Source of the DNA: Anolis carolinensis
Lineage: Eukaryota
DNA length: 64,000 bases
Assembly: GCF_035594765.1 (NCBI RefSeq)
Contig: NW_026943819.1
Location: forward strand, 14,744,703 to 14,808,702
Direction of reading: 5' to 3'
Shown piece by piece: positions 24,698-37,235 of the stretch. Each line of letters begins with the position of its first letter. The stretch's first letter is position 1. The notes below the pieces were generated by a model that did no database searches, was not told where the DNA came from, and saw only the letters and a program-made list of their open reading frames with translations. Position numbers and translations under genes: made by a program.

Positions 24698-24797
24698 CTG
24701 ATCTCTCTGACCTCATAAATCACATTCCTTCTGGAGAGGAAACTTGAGCCCATTCAGAATCATCTCATCGTTGTTTTTATAGCTGCCTCATGCAAAT
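24698..24797 (-). promoter_or_regulatory. Candidate promoter and first exon of gene C
   Basis: Octamer ATGCAAAT (24790-24797), AP-1-like TGAGGCA (24784-24790) and TATAAAA (24775-24781), then a possible donor CAG|GTGTCT after 24698. Same elements as the gene A promoter. Confidence 0.4.
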
Positions 24798-26374
24798 CTA
24801 AGCGAGTTATAAACCTTTTAAAAACGTTTTACAGGTGTGTGCAATTGTAGCAATCCTGCCAGGTGTTTTGGCCGAGATTTCTTATTGGCCCTAGTTACCA
24901 TAGCCAATGCAAAGGAATTATGAGAAGTCAAGAAAGCATCAAGGTGAACTGTAGTTCTCTGCTTCAGCATAAAGGAATGAATTCATCGTATATACTCACT
25001 CATGTATAGGTCAAACCCATGTATAAGTCGAGGATAGGCTTTCCAACTAAAATTATAAATCTTGGTATGATGAGATCCCAGTAGGCATTTTAGGTCCAGA
25101 AAGTGACCTTCCCCTGCACTTTTTTCCCCATCAACTTGCTTTGAGGGTGTTTTGAGAATTTATGAGGGGGGAGTACAAGTGGGAGTTGCCCATGCTGGAG
25201 TTAAATTCTGAGAAAATAGGAAAATGCAAAAGGAGTAGCAAGTTAATTGTGGACTTAAAACAATCCTATGGATTTTATAAGGCTTTGTTAGTGCCCTTCC
25301 AGACAGACAGGACCTTTCTAGCTTTTACCTGAGGCATCCAAATGGCACCTCGGGTAAAAGTGAATTGGTGCTGAGAAAACTAGGTTAAGCCTAGGTCTGA
25401 ATCTTTCCAAATGATGGGCCTGTGGGGATTGACTTCCGAGACTGCTTCTGGTTCCTTGGGTTCCTGGAGCCTGAAGGAGCCCCTTCGGTAAGTTTTTTAG
25501 GTGAAAATGGGAGGTTGAAGGGGGGCTGACATCTAGCCACCCCTCAAGTGAAAGCCTGGGTTTATGTTGGGGGTGTGGACAGAAACCTGGGAGGAAGCGG
25601 CTTATTTTAACCCACTTCTTCCTGGGTTTCAGGGAAGTGCAGAAGGGCCCTGAGTCAAGGAATACTCAGAGGTCATTTTGTCAGTTTCTTCCTCTGAAAT
25701 ATAGGCTACAACACCTCTTATTCTTTTGCAGTCTCCCATCCAAGTACTAACTGCATCTGATTCTATTTGCTTCAAAATCTGGTCAGACCAGATGCCTTTA
25801 AAATGTTTAGGTATAGTCCCTACACATCCTGGGTCTTTAATCCTGTGAACCCTGGCTCCACTTCAACACTGTCAGTAATGGTAATATTTTGGGTTTCATA
25901 GAGTAGGAGAAAACCTTTGGGCAGTGAATGAATCGTATAAAAAATTGCGGCACTCCAAAGATACACTGGCAGAAGCCTTAAAGCCTTGCCTTAATATGAC
26001 TAAGGGATGCTTTACAGCCTGAAGGCCATGTTCCTAAGGAGAATTTGTTCTGAGGCAGAAAGGGGTACATGCTGGCATAAATGTATTTTGCATTTTTCAG
26101 ACAAGAATACTTGATTTTTAGCTAGGCCAGTCTTACTGGAACAAAAAGAAGTAAAGGGTAACGTATTTCAGAAATCGTTCTTCCTTGGCTAAATGCAGGT
26201 CTTGGGCTGAGCAGAATTTTTAGGAACCTGCTGAGCAGGTTGGGATACTGTAGAAATTGATGTAGGTGATAACAGTGGAGGCATGAGAGCCAGGAAGGAA
26301 GGCAAGTCAGATAAAGGACACGTGGCAACATCAGCCACGGCTTGTTCATTTGGATTATAGCTTCTGATATCTTA

Positions 26375-27517
26375 CCGTGTTTCCCCGAAAATAAGACAGT
26401 GTCTTATATTATTTTTTACTCCCAAAGATGTGCTAGGTCTTATTTTTCCATAATGAAGAATTCACATTTATTGTTGAACAAAAAATGAACATTTATTCTA
26501 TACTGTACAGTAGTTGTCATCACAAACCAACATAGCCAAACCAGACAAACTGTGACTTCTGTCAAGAATTTCTTGATACAGTAGAGTCTCACTTATCCAA
26601 CATAAACGGGCCGGCAGAACGTTGGAGAAGCGAATATGTTGGATAATAAGGAGAGATTAAGGAGAAGCCTATTAAACATCAAATTAGGTTATGATTTTAC
26701 AAATTAAGCACCAAAACATCATGTTATACAACACATTTGACAGAAAAAGTAGTTCAATACGCAGTAATGCTACGTAGTAATTACTGTATTTACGAATTTA
26801 GCACCAAAATATCATGATTTATTGAAAACATTGACTACAAAAATGCATTGGATAATCCAGAACGTTGGATAAGCGAATGTTGGATAAGTGAGACTCTACT
26901 GTACTATCATTATTTCCATATACAATTGGCATATACATTTACCAATCCTGCATGCTATGGTGTTTTGTTTGGTGGGCGCCGGGCATGCTTCCAAACAAAA
27001 ACTTTGCTAGGTCTTACTTTCGGGGGAGGTCTTATATTTAGCAATTCAGCAAAACCTCTACTAGGTCTTATTTTTTGGGGATGTCTTATTTTAGGGGAAA
27101 CAGGGTATTACTGTGTTTCCCCGAAAATAAGACAGTGTCTTACATTAATTTTTGCTCCCAAAGATGCGCTAGGTCTTATTTTCAGGTGATGTCTTATTTT
27201 TCCATGAAGAAGAATTCACATTAATTGTTGAACAAAAAAAATGAACATTTATTATATACTATACAGTAGTTGTCATCACAAACCAACATAACCAAACAAA
27301 CTGTGAATCCTATCAAGAATTTCTTGTTACTACCATTATTTCCATGTATAACACTCTATGGTACGTACATTTACTGATCCTACATGCTCTGGTGTTCTGT
27401 ATGGCGGACATGCTTTGCTAGGTCTTACTTTCGGGGGAGGCCTTATATTTAGCAATTCAGCAAAACCTCTACTAGGTCTTATTTTCTGGGGATGTCTTAT
27501 TTTTGGGGAAACAGAGT
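26375..27517. mobile_element. Two tandem Tc1/mariner-like MITEs (CCGTGTTTCCCCGAAAATAAGAC family), one with a nested MITE
   Basis: TIRs with TA flanks. Other copies at ~18586-18788, 31266-32478, 34726-35151 and 40923-41340. Confidence 0.75.
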
Positions 27518-28657
27518 AGTTATTCAGGTCAGAGGGTTCTGTGAATTATAATTCCTGAAAGTAACTTTTCCAAGCAATGATCTCATCTTTGAAAGCTGCT
27601 TGGGTTTTAAGCGAAGAATAATAGAAATTCAGGACAGGTTAGAAACTATCTACACTGCAGAATTGGCACATCTTGAACTGCCATGGCTCTCTCCTATGGA
27701 ATACAGTGATGCCTCGAATTTAATGTGTTACGTGACCAAGCTTTTAACAAAAAAACTCTAATATCAAAGTGAATTTTCCCATTGAAAATGTACTTTTTAA
27801 ATAACAAATAATGTATAAATGCACATTCTTATGGAAGAATAGAAAAAGAAAGACCAACTTAAAAATGGTAGAAGCACAAAGTTGGGGAAAGGAAGCACAA
27901 AGCACAAAGTGAAGAGGCAGAAGCACCCTCCCTCTTTCTCTTGCTCTCTCCCCCTCTCTCATGAAACCAAACATACCAGGAATAAAAAGCAACTAACCCA
28001 AATCAACTAACCCAAACTTCCTCAAAGTGGACAAGAGCAAAGCAGATAGCAATCTCCCAAAGTGGATAAGAACAGGAAGCATGAAGCACAAAGGCAGCTC
28101 CCTTGAAGCCCTAAAGCTTCAACTCTTGCGCTATCACTCCCTCTGACGCTAGCTCTTAACTCAAAATGCAGCTCTTATGTCAAGGTTTATCTGGGGCCAA
28201 GTGACAGCTCTTAACTCAAAATGCTCTTTAGTTGGGATACTCTTAAGTAGAGGTTCCACTGTACTAGAATTTTGTAGTTTGTTAACTACAGATCCCAAAA
28301 TTCCATAGCACTGAGCCATGGCAGTTAACATTCGACAATGTGGATAAGGCCTAGATAGATTTCATGCATTTGAATATACAGTAGCAGAAAAATAAGCTCA
28401 AAATAGGGGTCCAGAATAAGCGTTATCCTGGGGGAGAACCTGGCCAGCTCTTCTATGTAGAAATATAACAGCACCCCTCCACTGCAAATGGATATTGCAA
28501 AACTTCCCAGTTCTAATTCCAATATATGTAAATAAATTTACAGAGATATCAGAATCCAGCCAAAGCTACTAAACCTCCATTCTACCACACTTAATATATC
28601 GGAACAATTGAGTAAAAATTTCATTTTCTTTAATTTCCAATAAAAAAACATTCCGGT

Positions 28658-31600
28658 CTATTCCAAAGGGTCCTTTCTCTCGCAATAGAAATTTGTGATA
28701 TCGGGCCCTCCTTCACGACTCAAACGGACAGGCTTGTTTATCTCGGTGGAAGTGCTCATGAACCATCCGGGGAACGCTGCAGATTCAAAGCAACAAGTCT
28801 GTTGCTGGTTATTGGATCGGCTGTAGAAAGTGAAGCTCTTGGATTCTTCATGGCTTGAATAAAGGTCCAAAATGTTTCTCTCCTAAGGACATGGAAAGTT
28901 AGAAAGAAAGAAAGAAAGTGTTATAAAATGTATCAGGAAAATAGTGTGGTTAGCAGGCATGGGCAAACTTTGGCCTCCGGGTGTTTTGGACTTCAACTCC
29001 CACAATTCCTAACAGTCAGAAGGTATGGATTTCCCCAAGAGAAAAGGAAAAAAAAGTAATAAATGATAGATCATACAGCCCTTTTATTACAAAATATATC
29101 ACCATTCAGGTCTGAAAAATATGAGAATGAAATACAGTTGTAGAACATTGATACCACTTTAATAGCTAAGGTTACATCCAGATGTATTCCAGTGTGGAAT
29201 ACATCTCACCACGTTAAGATGTGGCTCTTAATGAGACATGCCGCATTATCACAGGATGTCCATGCCCTACATCGCTAGAGAAATTATACTGTTTAGGCAG
29301 TATTGCACCACCTGTCATCCGTCGGGAAGTAGCAGCCAATAATGAAAGGACCAAGGCATTGACATCTCCAGCTCCTCCTCTGTTTGGATATCAGCCAGCA
29401 TGCCAATGCCTTAAAACAAGAAATAGCTTTCTAAGATCTACAGCAGAGGTCTCCTAACTAAGGCCCGTGGGCCGGATGTGGCCCTCCAAGGTCATTGACC
29501 TGGCCCCTGTCCTAAACTTTAGACTTAGGGTTGACCTAAATCTACCTGGTCTTTGGAGGTCTTTTTGCTTACCTATGGTCTTATGAGATCATCTGGATGG
29601 CCTTTGAAGGTCTCTTTGCTTAGCTTATGAGCCCATCTAGATGGCTTTTGGAGGTTACTTTCCTTACCTATGGTCCTATGAGACCATCTAGATGGCCTTT
29701 GAGGGTCCCTTTCCTTACCTATGGTTTTATGAGATCATCTAGATGGCCTTTGGGGGCCCCTTTCCTTACCTATGGTCTTATGAAACTATCTAGATGGCGT
29801 TTGAGGGTCCCTTTCCTTACCTATGGTCTTCTGGTGGCCTTATGAGACCATCTAAAAGGTCTTTGGAGGTCTCTTTGCTTACCTATGGTCTTATGAGATC
29901 GTCTAGATCAGGGGTCCCCAAACTGTGTCCCTCCAAGGTCATTGACCTGGCCTCTGTCCTAAACTTTAGACTTAGGGTTGAACTAAGTCTGAAATGACTT
30001 GAAGGCACACAACAACAACAATCCTAATTTTTTACTATTTCATCCTAGTCCGGCCCCCCAACAGTCTGAGGGACTGTGAATCGGTCCTCCACTCAAAAAG
30101 TTTGAGGACCCCTGATCTATAGAAATACTCGCAGGAACACCCCAGCAAATAAGAGTCCAAAAGTAGCAGGTTAAAACCCGGAACCTCAATCTATGGCTGA
30201 TACTGAATGAGAAATTCCCTCCTGGGCACACAGAAGACTGGGTGACTTGGAAGGCACTGAACAGACTGTGCTGGGACCATGAGATGTAGAGCCAGTCTTA
30301 AGAAATGGGGCTACAAAGTGGAGTCCACAACATGTGAATGTGGAGAAGAGCAAACCACAGACAACGTACTACAATGCAGTCTGAGCCCTGCCACATGCAC
30401 AATGAAGGACCATCTCACAGCGAGACCACAGGCACTCCAAGTGGCCAGCTTCTGGTCAAAGGGAATCTAGTATAATGTCACATTTTAAATTTTGTTTGTG
30501 TTTTTAAAATACATTATAACTATACCCGTAATTCAGTTCTGACACGATAAAGAAACATCCAAAAGAATCCTGGATTTAGCAAGACATTGGAGCGATCTGA
30601 GCAATAATATCTGACAAAACTACAGAACTCAGCTTTCAATAGTATCAAAGTGTTATCATTATGTAGTTAGACTATAGGAAACATGAAAACATTATGGCAA
30701 CTACATCATTTCTGGACAATGAGCATGCAAAGTGTAAAAGAATCCATCAATCAAAATATACTACATCTCCAGGTGGAGAATATGAGCAGCTTTGCCACAG
30801 GATTGCGCAGAAAAATATATAGTCCATAGCTGAGAAAAGAATGATACATAGAGAACACAAAATAGGAGAAAAGGTGATTTCTTGGAGAAATAAAATAGAT
30901 AAAAACTTACCACTAAATTTAGCAGAGGTTCACCATCACCAGATTCCATACAGGAGAGAGTGTGAGTTTTATCATTGAGGCCCAAAAAGATGGGTTGCAG
31001 TGTCGGATCGAGTGAGTGGTTGGGGAGCACAGCCAAAAGTTCTTCTGGGGAACAACGGGCAAGAAAGAGGAACTGATATGAGAACAAAAAGCATCCTCTG
31101 TGAGTCCATTAATGTGGATAAAAATCAAATCACTGTTAAATTAATAGTTTGGCTTTATTACTGGAAGTTTCACCGGAGCAAAGATAAATGGCCGGTGGTT
31201 TGAAAGTATTTAGAAAACCGTTCTTCCTAGCATTTCTTACCTGAAGCATTGCTTCAATTTACTTACCCTATTTCCCCGAAAATAAGACAGGGTCTTATAT
31301 TAATTTTTGCTCCCAAAGATGCACTAGGTCTTATTTTCAGGGGATGTCTTATTTTTCCATGAAGAAGAGTTCACATTTATTGTTGAACAACAAAATGAAC
31401 ATTTATTATATACTGTAAAGTAGTTGTCATCACAAACCAGCATAACCAGACAAACTGTGAATCCTATCAAGAATTTCTTGTTACTACCATTATTTACATG
31501 TACAACAATCTATGGTACCTCTTGCAGTTTAGGTTTCACAAGGTTTCCATGCTGATTTCTCTCTATTCTAGTTTCAATGTAGTCATGAATAATATAATAT

Positions 31601-33849
31601 AATAATAATAATATGATAATATAATAGAATAATAATAAAATAATAACATAATGATATACAATATATTAATGGGATAATATAATAATAGGATATAATAATA
31701 ACAGAATATGATGATGATGATAATATGGTATTAATAGGATATAATAATGGGATATAATAACAGAATAGCATAATAATATAATAATAATAGGATATTATAA
31801 TAGAATAATAGAATATAATATAATTATATAAAATAGATTAATAGGATAATATAAAATGGAATATAATAGTAACAGAATATGCGAATAATATAATAATAAT
31901 ATGATAATATAATAGAATAATAAGAGAATAATAGTATAGAATATAATGATATAATATATATTAATAGGATAATATAATAATGGGATATAATAATAACAGA
32001 ATATGAGGCTAATAATATGGTAATAATAATAGTATAAAATAATAAGTTTCATGGCATAGGATAGGAATAAGAATGGGAGGAGAATCCCAATGCGTCCTGT
32101 ACCTTTAAGAAGCAGAAGGAGCAGGAAAGGGTGTTGAAGCCCTCTTCCTTCCCTCCCACCCTCCCTCGCCCTGGCACCAGGAGCCAACCAGAAACCTCTG
32201 GGACGAAGGGAGCATGGCCAGGACAGAGCCTTGTCTCCGAAGGAAGAAAGAAACCGCAGGCAGCGCAGACGGAAAGTTTTTTGAGCCGAGGCTGGGGGAC
32301 AGGCAGGAGGCACAGAAAGCAAGCACTCTCTCTCCCTCCCTCCCTCCAGTGGGTATGAATGCTGCATCTGCCCTGCAGCCATGCTTCCCAATGGAACTCT
32401 CCTGCAGCCTGGAAGGTCCCATTCTTAGTTGCTAGGTCTTACTTTCAGGGGAGGTCTTATTTTAGGGGAGTAACAGGGCTGACACTGACGGCTGCTATGA
32501 AAATGGAATGGCAGTGAAATCACAAATCCCATTACAGTGAGACAGAGGCAAGAAAAGTGCAGAAGCAAAGAGGATGGTTGCTAATCCTACTAAAAAGCAG
32601 CACATTTTGCCATGTCTGTCACCCTGCCCCAGAAAATATGGTTGTATTCCAGGCATGGGCAAACTTCAGCCCTCCATGTGTTTTGGGCTTCAACTCTAAC
32701 AATTCCTAACTGCCAGAAGGCTGTTAGGAATTGTGGGAGTTGAAGTCCAAAGCACCTGGAGGGCTGAAGCTTGCCCATGCCTGCTCTATTCCATCCATAA
32801 AAAAGCAATGGGGACAGAGAAGTACCAACAGAACTACAGAGCTTCACTGCTCACCTGGAGTCATGGAATCTCTGGAAGTTGCCACTAGAATATTGTTCAT
32901 CAGGATCAAGAACTTCTGGCTCACATCCCAAATTCTGAACAGCCTGGGCTCAGTTTCTCTAGGGGCCCTAATTCTACGTGGAGGAGATGCTGCAAAAACA
33001 AAATAGATCTCCTTGCATTACATCATATAATCTGGTAAAGAAAATGCTATGCAAAGGATGAGTCATTTTATCTGGTCCATTCTATCACATCTTGTATTAC
33101 AGTTGTAATTGGCAAAGAATACACTCCAAATGGGGAATGGCTTTTTTTTCTACTTTTGCTCACTTATATAATGCTGCGTTCACACTGCAGAATTTTAACA
33201 GTTTGGTACCACATTAATTGCCATGACTTAATGTTCGGGAGATTACTGAGAACTACCCTTGAGTCCTTTCTTTTTTAATTTCTCTAAAGCAGGCATGGGC
33301 AAACTTTGGCCCTCCGGGTGTTTTGGACTCCAACTCCCACCATTCCTAACAGCCTCAGGCCCTTTCCTTTTCCCCCTCAGCCGCTTAAGCTCTTAAGCGG
33401 CTGAGGGGGAAAAGGAAAGGGCCTGAGGCTGTTAGGAATGGTGGGAGTTGGAGTCCAAAACACTCAGAGGGCCGAAGTTTGCTCATGCCTGCTCTAGAGC
33501 TTGTTTCTGTGAAAAGTTGCTATGGGAGGAACATGGCTTGACTGGAACTTGGAAACATTGGTTCAGACTCCAGATCCCAGAATCTTCTAATCAGGACCAT
33601 CCGCTGTAGTGCAGAACAATAACTTTTACAAGCTCTGGTCTAAATCTATTCCCTCAATTTTGGGACATCTCCATGACAGCAAGCAGAAAAGCAATGAGTT
33701 ATTTTTTCACCTGGATTATAGTCACAGAACAATGCTATCATTTCTTCATCCCAACTCTTCTTGTTGGACACCCTCCTCTCAGATGCCATCCTCTGTTTTG
33801 TATGCATTTGTGGTTCCATCCTGCAGGGCTTGCAAATATGAGATTCCAT
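28658..33849 (-). CDS. IL-1 family cytokine paralog B (IL-36Ra/IL-1Ra-like), 210 aa
   Basis: Exons 33849-33711, 32989-32855, 31044-30911, 28882-28658; 633 nt in frame. Protein: [219 protein letters not shown] is IL-1Ra-like; ESKSFTFY is IL-36Ra-like. Confidence 0.92.
29180..30552 (+). mobile_element. Vingi/Ingi-type LINE 3' fragment interrupted by a hAT MITE (29444-30114)
   Basis: ORFs ALNETCRIITGC... and KKWGYKVESTTCECGEEQT...; ends CTGACACGATAAA. Inner MITE has TSD ATCTACAG/ATCTATAG. Confidence 0.75.
29565..29908. repeat. ~42-bp minisatellite
   Basis: About 8 units of CTTACCTATGGTCTTATGAGAYCATCTAGATGGCCTTTGRAGG... Confidence 0.85.
31585..32045. repeat. AT-rich low-complexity tract
   Basis: Degenerate (ATA/ATAAT)n inside a MITE. 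Confidence 0.9.
33290..33491. mobile_element. Palindromic hAT MITE
   Basis: TIR CAGGCATGRGCAAACTT with a near-perfect ~200-bp hairpin; TSD CTCTAAAG/CTCTAGAG. Relatives at ~19250-19375, 28954-29013, 32650-32783, 53229-53329 and 53830-54014. Confidence 0.85.
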
Positions 33850-34489
33850 CTCTGTGGCGTCTCCTCCTGTCTCTGGTTCTTCCCAAGGACTGGTTGAGCT
33901 TCAGGGTCTCTAGAGTTTCTCCTCCAATCACAGCTTTGCTCCTAGACTGTGCTATTAAAAGAGATCGATAGCAAATTATAGTTCTGTTTGATTGTGAAGA
34001 AGACACGTTGATTGTCCCAGGAAGCCTCCTTGTAAAAAGTGAAAAGTTCTGAAATTTTAGTAGTAGAATAGCTTTCTTAATGCAAAAGGTAAAAAGAAGT
34101 CTTATCAAGGCAGATAATTGACAATACAGTAGATTCTCACTTATCCAACACTCGCTTATCCAACGTTCTGGATTATCCAACGCATTTTTGTAGTCTATGT
34201 TTTCAATAAATCATGATATTTTGGTGCTACATTCGTAAATACAGTGATTACTACATAGCATTACTGTGTATTGAACTACTTTTCCTGTCAAATTTGTTGT
34301 ATAACATGATTGTTTGGTGCTTAATTTGTAAAATCATAACCTAATTTGATGTTTAATAAGCTTTTCCTTAATCCCTCCTTATTATCTAACATATTTGCTT
34401 ATCCAACGTACTGCCGGCCCATTTATGTTGGATAAGTGAGACTCTACTGTATCTGCTTTGAACTGGATTATTCTGAGTCCACACTATCA

Positions 34490-35190
34490 TATAGAATCAT
34501 AGAGTTGGAAGAGACCTCCTGCCAACCCCCTGCCAAGAAGTTGGAAAATCATATTCAAAGCACCCCCAATAGATGGCCATACAGCTTCTGTTTAAAGAAG
34601 AAGCCTCTGTCACACCCTGGGGCAGAGAGTTCCACTGCTGAACAGCTCTCACAGTGAGGAGGTTCTTCCTAATGTTGAAGTGGAATCTCCTTTCCTGTAG
34701 TTTGAAGCCATTGTTCCGCATCCTACCCTGTTTCCCTGAAAATAAGACATCCCCAAAAAATAAGACCTAGCAGAGGTTTTGCTGAATTGCTAAATATAAG
34801 GCCTCCCCCGAAAGTAAGACCTAGCAAAGTTTTTGTTTGGAAGCATGCCCAGCGCCCGCCAAACAAAACACCAGAGTATGCAGGATTGGTAAATGTACAT
34901 ACAAGTTGTACATGGAAATAATGGTAATAATAAGGAATTCTTGACAGGAGTCACAGTTTGTCTGGTTTGGTTATGTTGGTTTGTGATGAAAACTACTGTA
35001 CAGTATATAATAAATGTTTATTTTTTTTGTTCAACAATAAATGTGAATTCTTCTTCCTGGAAAAATAAGACATCCCCTGAAAATAAGACCTAGCACATTT
35101 TTGGGAGCAAAAAATAATATAAGACACTGTCTTATTTTCGGGGAAACATGGTAGTCTCCAGGGCAGCAGGAAACAAGCTTGCTCCCTCCT
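34490..35190 (-). mobile_element. CR1 3' fragment interrupted by a MITE (34726-35151)
   Basis: ORF RNNGFKLQERRFHFNIRKNLLTVRAVQQWNSLP; CR1 sequence resumes at ~35152. Confidence 0.8.
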
Positions 35191-35756
35191 CCTCCTCCAC
35201 AGTTCAATGTGGATTTTATACATCTGTGTAGAAGAGGTCTTAGTCTTTAATGCTTTTGAAGGCAAGTGGATACAGTATAATATCCTCTATGCCTGGAACA
35301 AGTATCTCTACTGAATTTTGATGATAAAAATGGGAGAAAATCTTGCCAAGAAAACCCCACAAGAGGGTCAGCATGAGCTGGAAACCACTTGAAGGCAGAC
35401 TACAAAAACAGTAGTCTAAAAGTGCAATGTTTCCCCTCTCCACTTTTTAAAACTTGTAGTCTTCACATGCAAAAGTTAGTCTCAATGATTCTCTGAAAAT
35501 AAAATGAAGCAGAAAAAAGAATGCATTTTTATTCCAATATGCCTTGGAATGAAAAAGAAATCCATTGGTGTCAAGAATTGCCAGAAAATAGTCTCAGACA
35601 ATAGAAATGTAATTTGAACCCTAGGAGCTACAGCAACAAACACTGCAACCTCTTGACACATCTGTACCATTGAGAGGAGCCTAAGATTTCACCTCAATTA
35701 AGTCTATAAGGTGTTTAATACAAACAGGTCCACAAAGGTAAATTAAGGTACTTTAC

Positions 35757-35870
35757 CTGTATTGACATGTGAAAATCCTGTGTCTTGGGCAGAAGATTCC
35801 TTCTCTGCATGCTCGTTGGCATCTGCACATTATATAGGTGCTCAGAGACAGAGACATTGGGTGCAATTCC
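35757..35870 (-). promoter_or_regulatory. Candidate promoter and non-coding exon 1 of gene B
   Basis: CCAAT (35856-35860), TATATAA (35830-35836) and donor CAG|GTAAAG after 35757. Acceptor-like TTTTAATAG near 33953 upstream of the ATG. Confidence 0.5.
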
Positions 35871-36260
35871 AAGCCAAAGGCAACTTTGGGATCAAAGACA
35901 CAGGCAAACCCTGGAGGCTATGGCTAGTGTTTCTGGAAGCTGTGAGCTTTGTGATGATCTGAAGGCTTGCTTTTAGGCTGCATTAACATTTGCAGGCAAC
36001 AACTTGCAGGTGCAGCTTTGGGCTATAACTCCCAAAATACGCTGCTTGCATCAGTTGCATCAGTTGCCAGACATCAGAGGAATGACTCCTGGACTGTGGT
36101 TTTATGTTAAGTAGGATACAAAATGCTTGCAAGATATTGCCATCTAGATGACAGCAAATGGAGGTTGATGTGTTTACAATGTTCCCTCACTACTTCACGG
36201 TTTGCTTTTCGTGGATTCGCTGTTTCGCGGTTTTTCAATAAACACTAAAATAATATAATA

Positions 36261-36399
36261 NNNNNNNNNNNNNNNNNNNNNNNNNNNNNNNNNNNNNNNN
36301 NNNNNNNNNNNNNNNNNNNNNNNNNNNNNNNNNNNNNNNNNNNNNNNNNNNNNNNNNNNNNNNNNNNNNNNNNNNNNNNNNNNNNNNNNNNNNNNNNNN
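36261..36399. other. Assembly gap (within a mariner-like element ~36175-36658)
   Basis: Run of N. Flanking TIRs CARTGTTCCCTCACT. Confidence 1.
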
Positions 36400-37194
36400 C
36401 TGAGGAAGGAAAGAGGGAAAGAAGGAAAGAAGGAAGGAAGGAAGGAAGGAAGGAAGGAAGGAAGGAAGGAAGGAAGGAGAAGTCGAGGGAGAGAAAAGGA
36501 GGCTGAAGCAGATTCGCCTCATAAGGCAGCGGAACAGAGACGGTACTTGCCGAGTGAGATTGTAAACAACATAAATATAGTGTCCCTACTTTGCGGATTT
36601 TCACTTTTCATGCGTGGTCCTGGAATGCAACCCTCGTGATAAGTGAGGGAACACTGTATATCTCTCTCTGTGTTTAAAGTAGCAAGAAAAACCAGGTGAA
36701 TATGGAAATGTGGTTTATTGATGGACCATAAACAACAAAAACACCTGTCCAGATGTCTTATTTAGCTCTTTTACCAGCTCAAGACATTTTGCTGCCTAAG
36801 ATAAAAGACAAGACATATATCCCCTTCTTCCACACTCTAAGTAACTCATAGAAAGCAAGGGGATTAGTAGTTGAATCTTATTTAGACCTAGAAAAAAATA
36901 GAGATGCCCACTGGCAGGCAGATTCTCAGAGTTGAAGTCAGAAATATAACTTTCTCAAGGGAGTCTTTTGGGAATGTTATGAAGGCCTTCTGTAATTAAG
37001 GAGATGAGACAGAGCCAGGGCAACCATTTATTTCTTGAGACACATTGAATGTGATTCTGGGAGGAAAGGCATCTTTCGTCAAAGTGCTTACATACCTTCA
37101 CATTTGCACTGATGTGAAAGCAAAGTAAGGATGTTTTTGACTGGGTTGCTGTAAGTCTTTCAGGCTGTATGGCCATGTTCCAGAAGCTTTCTTT

Positions 37195-37235
37195 CCTGAC
37201 GTTTCACCCACATCTGTGGCAGGCATCCTCAGAGG
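37195..37235 (-). ncRNA. Minimal type I hammerhead ribozyme (Penelope-associated), intact core
   Basis: Minus strand reads CCU-CUGAGGA-U-GCCUGC-CACAGAU-GUGGGU-GAAAC-GUC-AGG; G-U wobble at the base of stem II. Confidence 0.6.

Noticed and set aside
29565-29908. CRISPR-like repeat array
   Set aside because: Eukaryotic context, and the units are contiguous with no unique spacers. It is a minisatellite.
31583-32435. Long ORFs rich in Ile/Tyr/Leu
   Set aside because: Artefacts of AT-rich low-complexity sequence and MITE interior.
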